From Candidatus Eiseniibacteriota bacterium (GTDB taxonomy: Bacteria; Eisenbacteria; RBG-16-71-46; CAIMUX01; VGJL01): a DNA stretch of 64,000 bases. The stretch spans positions 271,658 through 335,657 of the forward strand of contig JBHGAY010000001.1 in assembly GCA_041946735.1 (NCBI GenBank), given 5' to 3'. The notes beneath the pieces were generated by a model. That model did no database searches and was not told the origin of the DNA. It saw nothing but the letters and a program-made list of their open reading frames with translations. The stretch's first letter is position 1. Every line of letters starts with the position of its first letter. A program made the translations under genes and the position numbers. Positions 30,003-40,734 of this stretch are shown piece after piece.

Positions 30003-31280
30003 TCAACCGGCCATGATCCGAACCTCGTATCCGGCATTACGGAGCCTCTCGACATCCGCCACGGGGAGGCAGTACTCCGCGTCCACCGTGCCGTCCTCGA
30101 ACGCTTCCCGCACAACGAGCCCTCGCTTCATCATCTCACGAGCCTGATCGAATCGGCTGGCAGGAAACCGAACCCGAACACGGATCCGGGTGCGCGAAAG
30201 CTCGTCTGCAAGACGCCCCCGAAACCGGTCGATATCGGCCGGATCGAGCGCGGAGACGATGATCGCATCCGGGTAGCGCAGGCGCAGCCCCGCCGCCGCC
30301 ATGTCGTCCGCGAGACGATCCGCCTTGTTCAGGATCAGGAGCCGAGGCACCTCGCGATCGAGAATCTGTCCGAGCACTTCCTCCACGGCGCGCATCTGCT
30401 CCTCGCGCATTGGGTGGCTCGCATCGATGACGTGCAGGATCAGATCGGCTTCCCGGACGTCGGAAAGGGTCGCGCGGAATGAGGCGACGAGGTGATGGGG
30501 CAGTTTGCGGATGAAGCCGACCGTGTCGGAGAGCAGAAACTTCTGCCGATCGGGCATGACGACCAGGCGGGTGGTCGTGTCGAGCGTTGCGAACAGCTTG
30601 TCCTCGGCGAGCACCCCCGCGCGAGTGAGGGCGTTGAAGAGCGTGGACTTCCCGGCGTTCGTATATCCGACCAGCGCCGCGCGGAACAGCTCGCTCCGCC
30701 CTTTTCGCTGGGTCTCGCGCTCCTTGTCGATCTTCTCGAGCTTCTCCTTCAGCAGCGAGATGCGGTGGCGCACGTGCCTCCGGTCCGTTTCCAGCTGGGT
30801 CTCCCCGGGACCTCGCGTACCGATGCCGCCTCCGAGGCGTTCGAGGTGGCTCCACATGCGCGTCAGCCGAGGAAGCAGGTACTCGAGCTGCGCCAGCTCG
30901 ACCTGGAGCATCGCCTCTCGGCTGCGCGCGCGCCGGGCGAAGATGTCGAGGATCAGCTCGCTCCGGTCGACGACGCGGACCTCGAGTTCCTTCTCGAGGT
31001 TGCGCGCCTGAGCGGGCGAAAGGTCCTCGTCGAAGATCAGGAGCTTCGCCTCGCTCTCACGCAGAAGATCATGTACCTGCGCTCGCTTGCCCTTGCTGAG
31101 ATAGCTGGCCGGGTGGATCGACTCCCGGCGTTGAACGACCGATCCGACCACCTTCGCTCCGGCGGTATCGGTCAGGAGGGAAAGTTCTTCGAGGGACTCG
31201 TCTGCGGATCCGGGGGTGTCAACCCCCACCAGGACCGCCTTCTCTACGGAGACGGCGGTGCTCGTCGGCGTTCTGGGAAT
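30003..31280 (-). CDS. hflX: Ribosome-splitting GTPase HflX (probable ATT start)
   Basis: ILDIFARRA, LEYLLPRL, GTRGPGETQLETDRR, GYTNAGKST, LFATLD, DTVGF, NKAD. Confidence 0.95.
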   Translation of the reverse strand: MPRTPTSTAVSVEKAVLVGVDTPGSADESLEELSLLTDTAGAKVVGSVVQRRESIHPASYLSKGKRAQVHDLLRESEAKLLIFDEDLSPAQARNLEKELEVRVVDRSELILDIFARRARSREAMLQVELAQLEYLLPRLTRMWSHLERLGGGIGTRGPGETQLETDRRHVRHRISLLKEKLEKIDKERETQRKGRSELFRAALVGYTNAGKSTLFNALTRAGVLAEDKLFATLDTTTRLVVMPDRQKFLLSDTVGFIRKLPHHLVASFRATLSDVREADLILHVIDASHPMREEQMRAVEEVLGQILDREVPRLLILNKADRLADDMAAAGLRLRYPDAIIVSALDPADIDRFRGRLADELSRTRIRVRVRFPASRFDQAREMMKRGLVVREAFEDGTVDAEYCLPVADVERLRNAGYEVRIMAG

Positions 31281-31443
31281 CTTCTTCTGCCTCCTGGGCT
31301 CGCTGGCCCTCTTTCACGCGTCGCCCCGGGCGGGCCGGCAACTCGCCGGCGGCCGCTGTTCGAGCGCGGCTCCCGCATGGCGACGATCTCGCGCTCAGTC
31401 TACCACTCGCCCGACGAAGCGAGGCGCCCACCTCCTCCGCTCG

Positions 31444-31490
31444 GAAAAGGACCGGGACCGGGGGCCTTTCGGACCGCCCGGTCCCGTCCC
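31444..31490 (-). terminator. Intrinsic terminator after groEL
   Basis: Minus strand GGACGGGACCGGGCGGTCC-GAAA-GGCCCCCGGTCCCGGTCC followed by TTTTCC. Confidence 0.65.
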
Positions 31491-31546
31491 GTCGCGCTCC
31501 CGTCACGGATCCCCGCGACGGCCGTCACGCGTTTCGGTGTTCCGGT

Positions 31547-33184
<1,638 letters not shown>

Positions 33185-33235
33185 TCACAGCCTCCTTCTT
33201 CGGAATCCTTCTGGACCAGGACGCGGACGCGCCCG

Positions 33236-33532
33236 CTACTTCTGGATGATCCCCAGGACATCGTCCTCGCGCAGGATCAGGTACTCCTCGCCGTCGATCT
33301 TGACCTCGGTGCCGGCGTACTTGCTCATGAGCACGCGATCGCCTTCCTTCACTTCCAGCTTCTGGACCTTGCCGTCGTCGAGAGTCCGACCGGGGCCGAT
33401 CGCGATGACCTCGCCCTGCATCGGCTTCTCCTTCGCGGTGTCGGGAATGATGATCCCGCCGCGGGTCTCCTCGGTCTCCTCGATCCTCTTGACGAGAAGC
33501 CGGTCCCCCAGGGGACGAATCTTCACTGCCAT
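33236..33532 (-). CDS. groES: Co-chaperonin GroES
   Basis: [28 protein letters not shown]. Confidence 0.98.
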   Translation of the reverse strand: MAVKIRPLGDRLLVKRIEETEETRGGIIIPDTAKEKPMQGEVIAIGPGRTLDDGKVQKLEVKEGDRVLMSKYAGTEVKIDGEEYLILREDDVLGIIQK

Positions 33533-33658
33533 GCATCCCTCCTCTGTGCGCGGCATCCGCACCGCCGCGCTTTGTGCTCCTTGCTTCGCCGAGATCCGGG
33601 GATGAGCCGGCCGCGGCTTCCGATCCGCGCGCAAGCTCCCGCATCGCGACCCGCCAGA

Positions 33659-33675
33659 GGCAAACGCCGTGCCGC
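33659..33675 (-). promoter_or_regulatory. Putative sigma54 promoter of groESL
   Basis: Minus strand GCGGCACGGCGTTTGCC (GG-N10-GC, TTTGC), with an AT-rich segment just upstream. Confidence 0.6.
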
Positions 33676-33766
33676 TGCCCGTTCGAATGGCGTAACCGAT
33701 TAAAAGCATTGAAGGTCGACGGCTGGAGGGCGGCTCGGCGGAGGTCCGTGCCGGCCCCTCCCGCCT

Positions 33767-33996
33767 CGGACGCGTGCCAGTTTGACACGCGTCCGGGCCG
33801 CCTCATGGAGTCGCCTATTCGGATGAACAGCAAACGATTAGCACATCGCCCCCGTGGATCAAAGCGAAGAGTGGCGTTTCAAGTTGGCACGATGCGCCAT
33901 TCTGGCACAAGCACAAGCGCCAAGCAGTAGGATGATGGGCACCGCCGTCCGTCTAACTCTGTCCGGCGCATCGGATAGCGCCAGTCAAAGTGGCGT
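33767..33996. promoter_or_regulatory. Four repeated palindromic sites, approximately GTGYCA-N3-TGRCAC
   Basis: 33774-33788 (inside the perfect 10-bp inverted repeat 33767-33795), 33876-33890, 33894-33908, 33982-33996. Confidence 0.55.
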
Positions 33997-34125
33997 GGCG
34001 ACAGCGGCCGGCCGGCCTTGCAGCGGGAGGGGCGGGAAGGTCGTGATGGTCGGCGGCTCGTTCGTTGTCCGCACGCCGTGGCGAACTGCCCGCGCGGTCG
34101 TCACGGCGTGGCGAGGCCCTTGCGG

Positions 34126-35517
34126 TCAACGACGCCGCGAACGCGGCTGCTTTCGTATGGGGCCATACTCGGACAGCCGGCGCTGCAGGGTGCGCAGTCC
34201 AATTCCCAGGATCCGAGCTGCCCGCGCCCGGTCGCCGCGCGTATGGGCCAGCGTCGATTCGATGAGCTTGCGCTCCGCCTCGGCGATCGTCGATCCGATC
34301 GGGATGCGGATCTCCTCCGCTTCTCCGGCCGGACCGCTTCGGATCTCTTCGGGAAGATCCGCGACGTCGACGGGACCCGAGCCCGAGCCGGCCAGGACCA
34401 TGCCGCGCAGGACACTCTTCAGCTCCCGGACGTTCCCCGGCCATGCGTAGCGGACGAGGCGATCGAGAGCGGCCGGCTGGATCCCCTGAATCGACCGCCC
34501 GCTCTGCCCGGCGATCTCGCCGAGGAAGTGCTCGACGAGCAGTGGAATGTCCCGGCGACGCTGACGCAAGGCGGGCAGCTCGATCGTGATGGAGCGGAGC
34601 GCGTCGAAGAGATCGCCACGCAACTCCCCCGATTCCGCCTTCTGCCGGGTGAGGTGCGAACCGATCGCGAGGATGCGCGCGTCGAGCTTGCGCGTCCGCC
34701 GTCCTCCAACCCTCTCGAACGCACGGGATGCGACCAGGCGCAGCGCCTTCCCCTGCGTCTCGGCCGGCAGCTCGTCGATGCGATCGAGCACGAGCGTGCC
34801 GGACGCGGCACGCTCACAACGTCCGGGCCGGGACGGATCCCCCTCGACTCCGAAGAGCTCGCGCTCGAGCGCGTCCGCCGCGATGCCGCCGCAATCGATG
34901 CGCACGAGCGGGCCGGAACGGCGCGCGCTGTTCTGATGGATCGCCTGCGCCACGAGATCCCGTCCGGTCCCCGGCTCTCCGACGATCAGCACGGGCTCGT
35001 CCATTCCCGACACCTGCAGGATGCGGCTGTAGACGCGGACGATCGGCGTGGAGGAGCCGATCAGGTTCTGGAAGCCATACCGCCGATCGAGACGCCGGGC
35101 GAGCTCGTGCATCTCGCCCACGAGCCTCTGGACGGAAAGGCCGCGCCGGAGAACGGCGAGGATCTTCTCGACGTTCAGCGGGCGCGTCTGGAAGTCGTGG
35201 GCCCCCTCGTCGAGGGCGTGCGTCGCGAGAGGCACCTCGGAAGGGGTCGCGACGAGGATTGCCACGACCTCGGGATTGCGCATCCGGGCGATGCGCAGCA
35301 GTCGCAGTCCGTCGATCCGCGGAGCCCGCGTCTCGCACAGCAGGGCGTCGATCTGCTCGGTGTCGAGGATGTTGTAGCCGGCCGGCTCGTCGGAAACCCG
35401 GAGCGCCTCCATCCCCTCTTCTTCCAGGCGTTCTGCGATCCTGCGCGCCTCGCTCGTCTCGCTCAGGACGAGCAGCACGCGCGGAGGGGGGATGGTGGCC
35501 GGCGCTCCCGCTTCCAT
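34126..35517 (-). CDS. Degenerate sigma54-activator-like protein (pseudo-receiver, inactive AAA+, Fis HTH)
   Basis: NtrC architecture, but Walker A is GEPGTGRD, GAFTGA is deleted (ELFGVEGDPSRPGRCE), Walker B is LDRI and the phospho-Asp is Glu (LLCET). Confidence 0.85.
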   Translation of the reverse strand: MEAGAPATIPPPRVLLVLSETSEARRIAERLEEEGMEALRVSDEPAGYNILDTEQIDALLCETRAPRIDGLRLLRIARMRNPEVVAILVATPSEVPLATHALDEGAHDFQTRPLNVEKILAVLRRGLSVQRLVGEMHELARRLDRRYGFQNLIGSSTPIVRVYSRILQVSGMDEPVLIVGEPGTGRDLVAQAIHQNSARRSGPLVRIDCGGIAADALERELFGVEGDPSRPGRCERAASGTLVLDRIDELPAETQGKALRLVASRAFERVGGRRTRKLDARILAIGSHLTRQKAESGELRGDLFDALRSITIELPALRQRRRDIPLLVEHFLGEIAGQSGRSIQGIQPAALDRLVRYAWPGNVRELKSVLRGMVLAGSGSGPVDVADLPEEIRSGPAGEAEEIRIPIGSTIAEAERKLIESTLAHTRGDRARAARILGIGLRTLQRRLSEYGPIRKQPRSRRR

Positions 35518-35535
35518 GCGCCTCACTGTAGAAAG

Positions 35536-35552
35536 CTGGCATGTGCCTTGCA
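35536..35552 (+). promoter_or_regulatory. Putative sigma54 promoter
   Basis: CTGGCATGTGCCTTGCA, near consensus, facing the 35785 ORF. Confidence 0.6.
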
Positions 35553-35784
35553 ACACGACCGGGTCGCGACGCCCCCCGGCCGCGAGCCGGGAGAACCCCC
35601 GTCCCGTAGCCGGTCGTGCAGCCGACGATGCGAAGCGGTGTTGGCGACGCCTCGCGCCCGTTCCGGTCGAGTCTCCACCGCCGCTGCGAGCCGCCCGCCC
35701 GGTGCCGGGATTGCAGGTCGCGCGGTTGCCTCCCCCCGATCGTGCCCTTTGCGTCGGGGCGGAGAGAGCGTCGAGGAGGCCCCG

Positions 35785-36300
35785 ATGCGAGAGAGCCTTG
35801 GGCACGAAGCCGGCGTCTGGTTCCTGGAGAATCTGGCGCATCTCGTCCCCGGCTATCAGGGTTACCGGGAACGGGACCTCCGCCGCGCGGAGGACGCCCG
35901 CTTGCGCGCGCAGGTCCTCGAGCGGATGGCCGACATCCGGGCGGCGATCGAAGCATGGTCCGAGACGCTTCCCGACGGGATCGATCAGGACTGCGCGCAG
36001 GCGATCGAGCGACGCGCCGCGCGGCTCGACTCTCTGGCCGACGCGATCCGCTACGCGCCGTACGCTTTCAGCGGCTTCTTCGATGCGACGGTCGTGCGGG
36101 AAGAAACGGTCGAGCGGGTCCTCGAGCTCGACCTGCTCCTCTTCGAGGACCTGCGCAAGCTCGACCTCCTGCTCGACGTCGCCCCCCGGCCCCCGCGAGC
36201 GCTCGCACGGATCGAGCCGCTCTTGAGCGAGTTGGACGCGACGATCGAGGCGATCGAGGTCCACCTGATCCAACGCGACAAGGCCCTCGGCGACTGCTGA
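35785..36300 (+). CDS. Conserved-looking hypothetical helical protein
   Basis: RBS AGGAGG; VPGYQGYRERDLRRAED...RYAPYAFSGFFDA motifs. Confidence 0.75.
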   Translation: MRESLGHEAGVWFLENLAHLVPGYQGYRERDLRRAEDARLRAQVLERMADIRAAIEAWSETLPDGIDQDCAQAIERRAARLDSLADAIRYAPYAFSGFFDATVVREETVERVLELDLLLFEDLRKLDLLLDVAPRPPRALARIEPLLSELDATIEAIEVHLIQRDKALGDC

Positions 36301-36363
36301 GGCTGCGCGGGCGGGCGGCCGCCGGCCGCCGCGGCAAGCGACGGCTCGCGCATGCCGGCCCCG

Positions 36364-37236
36364 TCACCCGCGGACGATCGCGACCACCTCCGCCGCGGTC
36401 TCCTCGATCGCCTTGTGGGAAACGTCCACGACTGACCATCCCCCTCGATCGAAGATGTCCTGGCAGAACCGCAGCTCCTCTTTGATGTGCGGAATCTGCG
36501 CGTAGTCGAACGCCGCCCCGGCCGACATCCGGCGCGCGCGCATCTCTCGAACCCCCTCGAGCCACGCCGGCCTGGCCGTCAACCCGACGACCCGCGAGGG
36601 ATCGGCAGCGAACAGCTCCGCGGGTGGATCGATCCCGAGGACGATCGGCACGTTCGCCACGCGCCAGCCCCGATATGCGAGGAACATCGACAGCGGAGTC
36701 TTCGACGTGCGGGACACGCCGATCAGGACGAGGTCGGCGAGCGGCAGATCGGCCGGGAGCAGCCCGTCGTCGTGCTTCACGGCGAACTCGATCGCCTCGG
36801 TGCGCCGGAAGTATTCCTCGTCGAGCTGCCGGAAGATGCCCGGCTCAGCGCGCGGCGAGACCCGGAGCACGTCGGAGAGGCGGCGGAGGATCGGGCCGAG
36901 AAGATCGATCGTCGAGACGTGAAAGCGGCGCGCCTCGTGGAGCAGATGGTTGCGGTGATCGGCGGAGACGAGGCTGTAGATGACCGTCGCGTCCCGCTGG
37001 GAGGCCAGGGAGATGGCCTCGGAGATGCGCTCGAGGGTGCGCACCTCCGGCACGCGGACGACCTGCACCGCGTCGGGCTCGAACTGCGTCATGGCCGCCT
37101 GGACGACACGCTCCCCGGTCACCCCCGACCCGTCGGATAGCGCGAAGACGAGATGTGGATCTGCGGGGCCGGTCTGTCCCGTCGGATCGTGCCGCTCTTC
37201 ATCCTCTGAGGATCCTGGACGTCGTTCGGTTGGCAT
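36364..37236 (-). CDS. PEP synthase/PPDK regulatory kinase-pyrophosphorylase (DUF299, PSRP)
   Basis: LSDGSGVTG, YFRRTEAIEFAVKHDDG, GVSRTSKTPLS, ANVP, KAIEETA. Confidence 0.93.
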   Translation of the reverse strand: MPTERRPGSSEDEERHDPTGQTGPADPHLVFALSDGSGVTGERVVQAAMTQFEPDAVQVVRVPEVRTLERISEAISLASQRDATVIYSLVSADHRNHLLHEARRFHVSTIDLLGPILRRLSDVLRVSPRAEPGIFRQLDEEYFRRTEAIEFAVKHDDGLLPADLPLADLVLIGVSRTSKTPLSMFLAYRGWRVANVPIVLGIDPPAELFAADPSRVVGLTARPAWLEGVREMRARRMSAGAAFDYAQIPHIKEELRFCQDIFDRGGWSVVDVSHKAIEETAAEVVAIVRG

Positions 37237-37349
37237 GCGAACGAGAGTATTCCGTTCGCTCGCCCCACGCCACAGGATCCGCGGCGGGGGAGCAACCGTT
37301 TCGCCGGCGCGCTCCCGCGGGCGCCCCGGCCTGCCGTAGACTCGCGGTC

Positions 37350-38999
37350 ATGAGGCCCAACCCGCTCTTCGATTTTGTCGCCCCGCCCTTCCCGGCCGCG
37401 CTTCACGCAGCCGCGCTTCTCGCAGCCGCGCTTCTCGCAGCCGTTCTCCTTGCGGCTCCGCCGGCGGCCGGCGCGCCCGCTCCCGACGCTCCCTATCCGA
37501 ACGTGCAAGTCAACTCCAGGCCGAACAATCCCGAGGAGACGGCGATCGCGATCAACCCGCGCAACCCCGACAACGTCGTCGGCGTGGCGCAAGTCCCCTG
37601 TCACTGGTACGCCAGCTTCGACGGCGGAGCCGGCTGGACGGAAGGCGACCTCCCCGATTTGGTGGACCTGGGCGACCCGTCGATCGTCTTCGACGCGGAC
37701 GGCTACGCGTACTACGCCTTCATCGGGCTCTTCGACCACTCCGGCATCTTCGTGAACCGCTCCACCGATGGCGGCCTGACCTGGATGCCGAATGCGACGC
37801 CGGTCGTGGAGCACCAGGGAGGCGAGCCGTTCGAAGACAAGTCCTGGCCGGTCGCGGACTGGACGAACAGCCCCACCCGGAACAACCTCTACGTCTCCTG
37901 GACGCGCTTCACGCGCTACGGAAGCGCCGATCCGGCCGACAGCTCCACCATCCTCTTCTCCCGGTCGACCGACCGCGGTCAGAGCTTCTCCGCGCCCATC
38001 CGGATCGGCGACGAGGCCGGTGACGCCATCGACTCCGACGGCACGGTGGAGGGGGCGGTGCCGGCCGTCGGCCCGCAAGGGGAGGTCTACGTCGCGTGGG
38101 CGGGACCGCGGGGGATCGAGTTCGACCGGTCGCTCGACGCGGGCAGGACGTTCGGGCGGGACCGCGTGATCGCGGACCAGCCGGGAGGGTGGGACTTCGA
38201 CGTTCCGGGCATCTACCGCGCGAACGGCCTCCCCGTCACGCGCGTCGATCTGAGCGGCGGGCCGTTTCGCGGGCGGATCTATGTCAACTGGTCGGACCAG
38301 CGAAACGGCGATACCGACGTCTTCCTCATCCACTCCGACGACCGGGGCGGGAGTTGGTCGGCGCCGCGACGCGTCCACGGAGACCCGATCGGCAATGGCA
38401 GGGACCAGTTCTTCACCTGGTTCGACGTCGATCCAGTCACCGGGGCCGTCCGCGTCGTGTTCTACGATCGACGGCAGCACCCCGACAACCTCACGACCGA
38501 TGTGTTTCTCGCGACCTCCTTCGACGGCGGCGAGACGTTCCTCGAGGAGAAGATCAGCGCCTCGAGCTTCATCCCCGACCCGACCGTCTTCTTCGGCGAC
38601 TACATCGGGATCTCCTCGTTCGCCGACCGGGTGCGGCCTCTCTGGGTCCGTATGGATGGCCGCACGCTTTCGATCTGGACGGCGTTGATCGATCCGCCCT
38701 CCGCCGGCGTGTGCGATCCGGCCGGCTGCTCCCCTCCCCACCTCTCGATCCTGCCCAATCCGATGCGCGCCGAAGCGACGATCCTCTGCTGCGACGGTCT
38801 GACGGAGCCGGTCGTGCTCACGGTGCACGACGTGAGCGGCCGTCGCGTGCGGGAGCTACGCGCAGGCGGCCGGACGGCGGGCGGGGCGCAAGCGGTCGTG
38901 TGGGACGGCCGAGGCGAGAACGGGGACCGCGTGCCGCCGGGGATCTACTGGATCTCCGGGCGCGCGATCCCCGCATCGAGGATCGTGGTCGTCCACTGA
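37350..38999 (+). CDS. Secreted BNR/Asp-box (sialidase-like beta-propeller) protein with FlgD-Ig-like C-terminal domain
   Basis: Signal peptide; Asp-boxes SFDGGAGW, STDGGLTW, STDRGQSF, SLDAGRTF, SDDRGGSW, SFDGGETF; FFGDY; PNP...DVSGRRVR...WDGR...PPGIYW. Confidence 0.85.
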   Translation: MRPNPLFDFVAPPFPAALHAAALLAAALLAAVLLAAPPAAGAPAPDAPYPNVQVNSRPNNPEETAIAINPRNPDNVVGVAQVPCHWYASFDGGAGWTEGDLPDLVDLGDPSIVFDADGYAYYAFIGLFDHSGIFVNRSTDGGLTWMPNATPVVEHQGGEPFEDKSWPVADWTNSPTRNNLYVSWTRFTRYGSADPADSSTILFSRSTDRGQSFSAPIRIGDEAGDAIDSDGTVEGAVPAVGPQGEVYVAWAGPRGIEFDRSLDAGRTFGRDRVIADQPGGWDFDVPGIYRANGLPVTRVDLSGGPFRGRIYVNWSDQRNGDTDVFLIHSDDRGGSWSAPRRVHGDPIGNGRDQFFTWFDVDPVTGAVRVVFYDRRQHPDNLTTDVFLATSFDGGETFLEEKISASSFIPDPTVFFGDYIGISSFADRVRPLWVRMDGRTLSIWTALIDPPSAGVCDPAGCSPPHLSILPNPMRAEATILCCDGLTEPVVLTVHDVSGRRVRELRAGGRTAGGAQAVVWDGRGENGDRVPPGIYWISGRAIPASRIVVVH

Positions 39000-39051
39000 G
39001 CGGAGGACGCCGGGCCGGCGGCGCCTCGGAGGTGCCGGCCGGCCGCCGCCC

Positions 39052-40485
39052 TCAGTCGAGGAGAACGAACAGGCGGCTGAACCGGCGCTCTCCCATCTCG
39101 ACAGAGAGGAAGTAGACCCCGGCCGGCAGCCCACCGTCCGGACGGTCCCATCGCAGCGCATGATCCCCCGCAGCGAGTTCGCCCTCGAGAGGCGTCGCGA
39201 CGATCCTTCCCGCGACGTCGAGGATCCGGGCGCGCACGGACGCCGCGCGGTCCAGGCGCAACGAGTAGGCGATCCCAGCGCGGCTCGGGTTCGGGACGAC
39301 GCTGCCAAGCGACAGGCCCCCCTCTGCCGGCGATTCGGGAGCTGCGCCGGGCAGCAAGCAGAGCCCGTTCGGGTTCCGGTCGCCCATCGCCAGCGCGAAC
39401 AGCTGCAGATCGGCCGGCGTGCAGGTTCCATCGCCGTTCAAGTCGGCGCACGGATCGTTCTGCGCGCACGCCTCCTCGAACCACTCCTGATCCTTGGCGT
39501 CGACCTTCCCGTCGGCGCGCTCGCCGTCCCAGTCGGGACTGACGACCCTCGAGTAGTGACGGATCTCGATGCCGAAGAACAGGACGCTGAAGGCGCATTC
39601 ACCGCAACCGCCGATCTTCGGATTGAACGTGACCATCCCGTCGGCGTCCGTCCACTTCGGCCCCATGTCCGGATCCACCGGGTCGATGCAGAGGTCGGGG
39701 CAGTCGGTGCGTAGGACGACCTCCACGCCTTCCCACGCGTCGCCGTGGGCGTCGACGGCGACGATCGTCACGCTATCGACCGCCGAACTTTGCGGGGAAG
39801 CGCCGGGACTGACGAGGGCGTGCTGCATCACATCCCAGGGGCGCACCTGCTGCATCCAAGGCTCGATCGGCCCCCCGCCGCAAAGCCCGCCCGGGTTCAC
39901 GCTCCCCGTGCTCTGCGCGAGGAGCTGCATGTCGGAGGCGGAGCAGACGCCGTCGCCGTTGTAGTCGACGCACGGGGGGAGAGGATCCATGCCGCAGGCC
40001 ACGTCGAAGAAGGTCCAATCCCCATCATCGACGATGCCGTCGGCCATCCAACCGTCCCAATCGGGACTCACCACCGTCGTGAAGTGACGTATCGGGATCC
40101 CGTCGGCAACCACCTCGATCCCGCAATCGGCGCAACCGCCGACACGGGGGTTGAACTCGACCCGCCCCGCACCATCCGTCCGCTTCGGTCCGAGATCGGG
40201 ATCCTCCGGATCGATGCAGAGGTCGAGGCAGTCCTGGAACACGATCTCGACCGCGACGTCGGCCATCGGATCGCCGAACACGTTCCGGACGGTGACGGTC
40301 ACGCGGTCGAGAGAGACCGTGCTGCCCGGAATGACGAGCACCCGCCCCGTTCCGTCCCAGGGAAGGACGCTGCAATGTTCCGGATCAGGAACGTACTGAG
40401 CCATCGAAGTCGAGGACATGCTCGAGAGGAACCAGAGCGAAAGACAGAGAGCCGCGATCCGCGTCATCACGACGTGCGCCTTCAT
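39052..40485 (-). CDS. Secreted protein with duplicated Cys-rich/dockerin-like module and FlgD-Ig-like tail
   Basis: RBS GGAGG, signal peptide, two modules of about 170 aa (LCIDP.DPD.GPK.TD..G...GGC..C...VVSPDWDG..ADG.VD...D.NGDG.C...D), PNPS...PAGVYF. Confidence 0.82.
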   Translation of the reverse strand: MKAHVVMTRIAALCLSLWFLSSMSSTSMAQYVPDPEHCSVLPWDGTGRVLVIPGSTVSLDRVTVTVRNVFGDPMADVAVEIVFQDCLDLCIDPEDPDLGPKRTDGAGRVEFNPRVGGCADCGIEVVADGIPIRHFTTVVSPDWDGWMADGIVDDGDWTFFDVACGMDPLPPCVDYNGDGVCSASDMQLLAQSTGSVNPGGLCGGGPIEPWMQQVRPWDVMQHALVSPGASPQSSAVDSVTIVAVDAHGDAWEGVEVVLRTDCPDLCIDPVDPDMGPKWTDADGMVTFNPKIGGCGECAFSVLFFGIEIRHYSRVVSPDWDGERADGKVDAKDQEWFEEACAQNDPCADLNGDGTCTPADLQLFALAMGDRNPNGLCLLPGAAPESPAEGGLSLGSVVPNPSRAGIAYSLRLDRAASVRARILDVAGRIVATPLEGELAAGDHALRWDRPDGGLPAGVYFLSVEMGERRFSRLFVLLD

Positions 40486-40734
40486 TGCGAGCACCTCCGT
40501 ATTGCCGGCGACCAGCAGCCAGGAGGAGGGGGGAAGGACCTTGGCGGCCACCGCAGGTCTCATATGTTTTGGGCCGGGCGCTGCATCCGGCCCGACTCGG
40601 TATGGATCGACGCCCCACAAGAATAGAGCAGGCTCGCGGAAATGACAATGCGCGGCCCGCCTCGCCGCGCAGCAGCGACCGCCCGACGGCTCGGCGACGG
40701 CTCCGTGGCGGGTCAGCGGCGGGTCAGCGGCGGG

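Noticed and set aside
33838..33864. Possible CIRCE (TTAGCAC...) upstream of groES
   Set aside because: Only a partial left arm is present; there is no GAGTGCTAA right arm at N9.
33884..33920. Plus-strand TGGCAC hexamers as sigma54 promoters
   Set aside because: No GC at the required N10 spacing; better explained as halves of the repeated palindrome.
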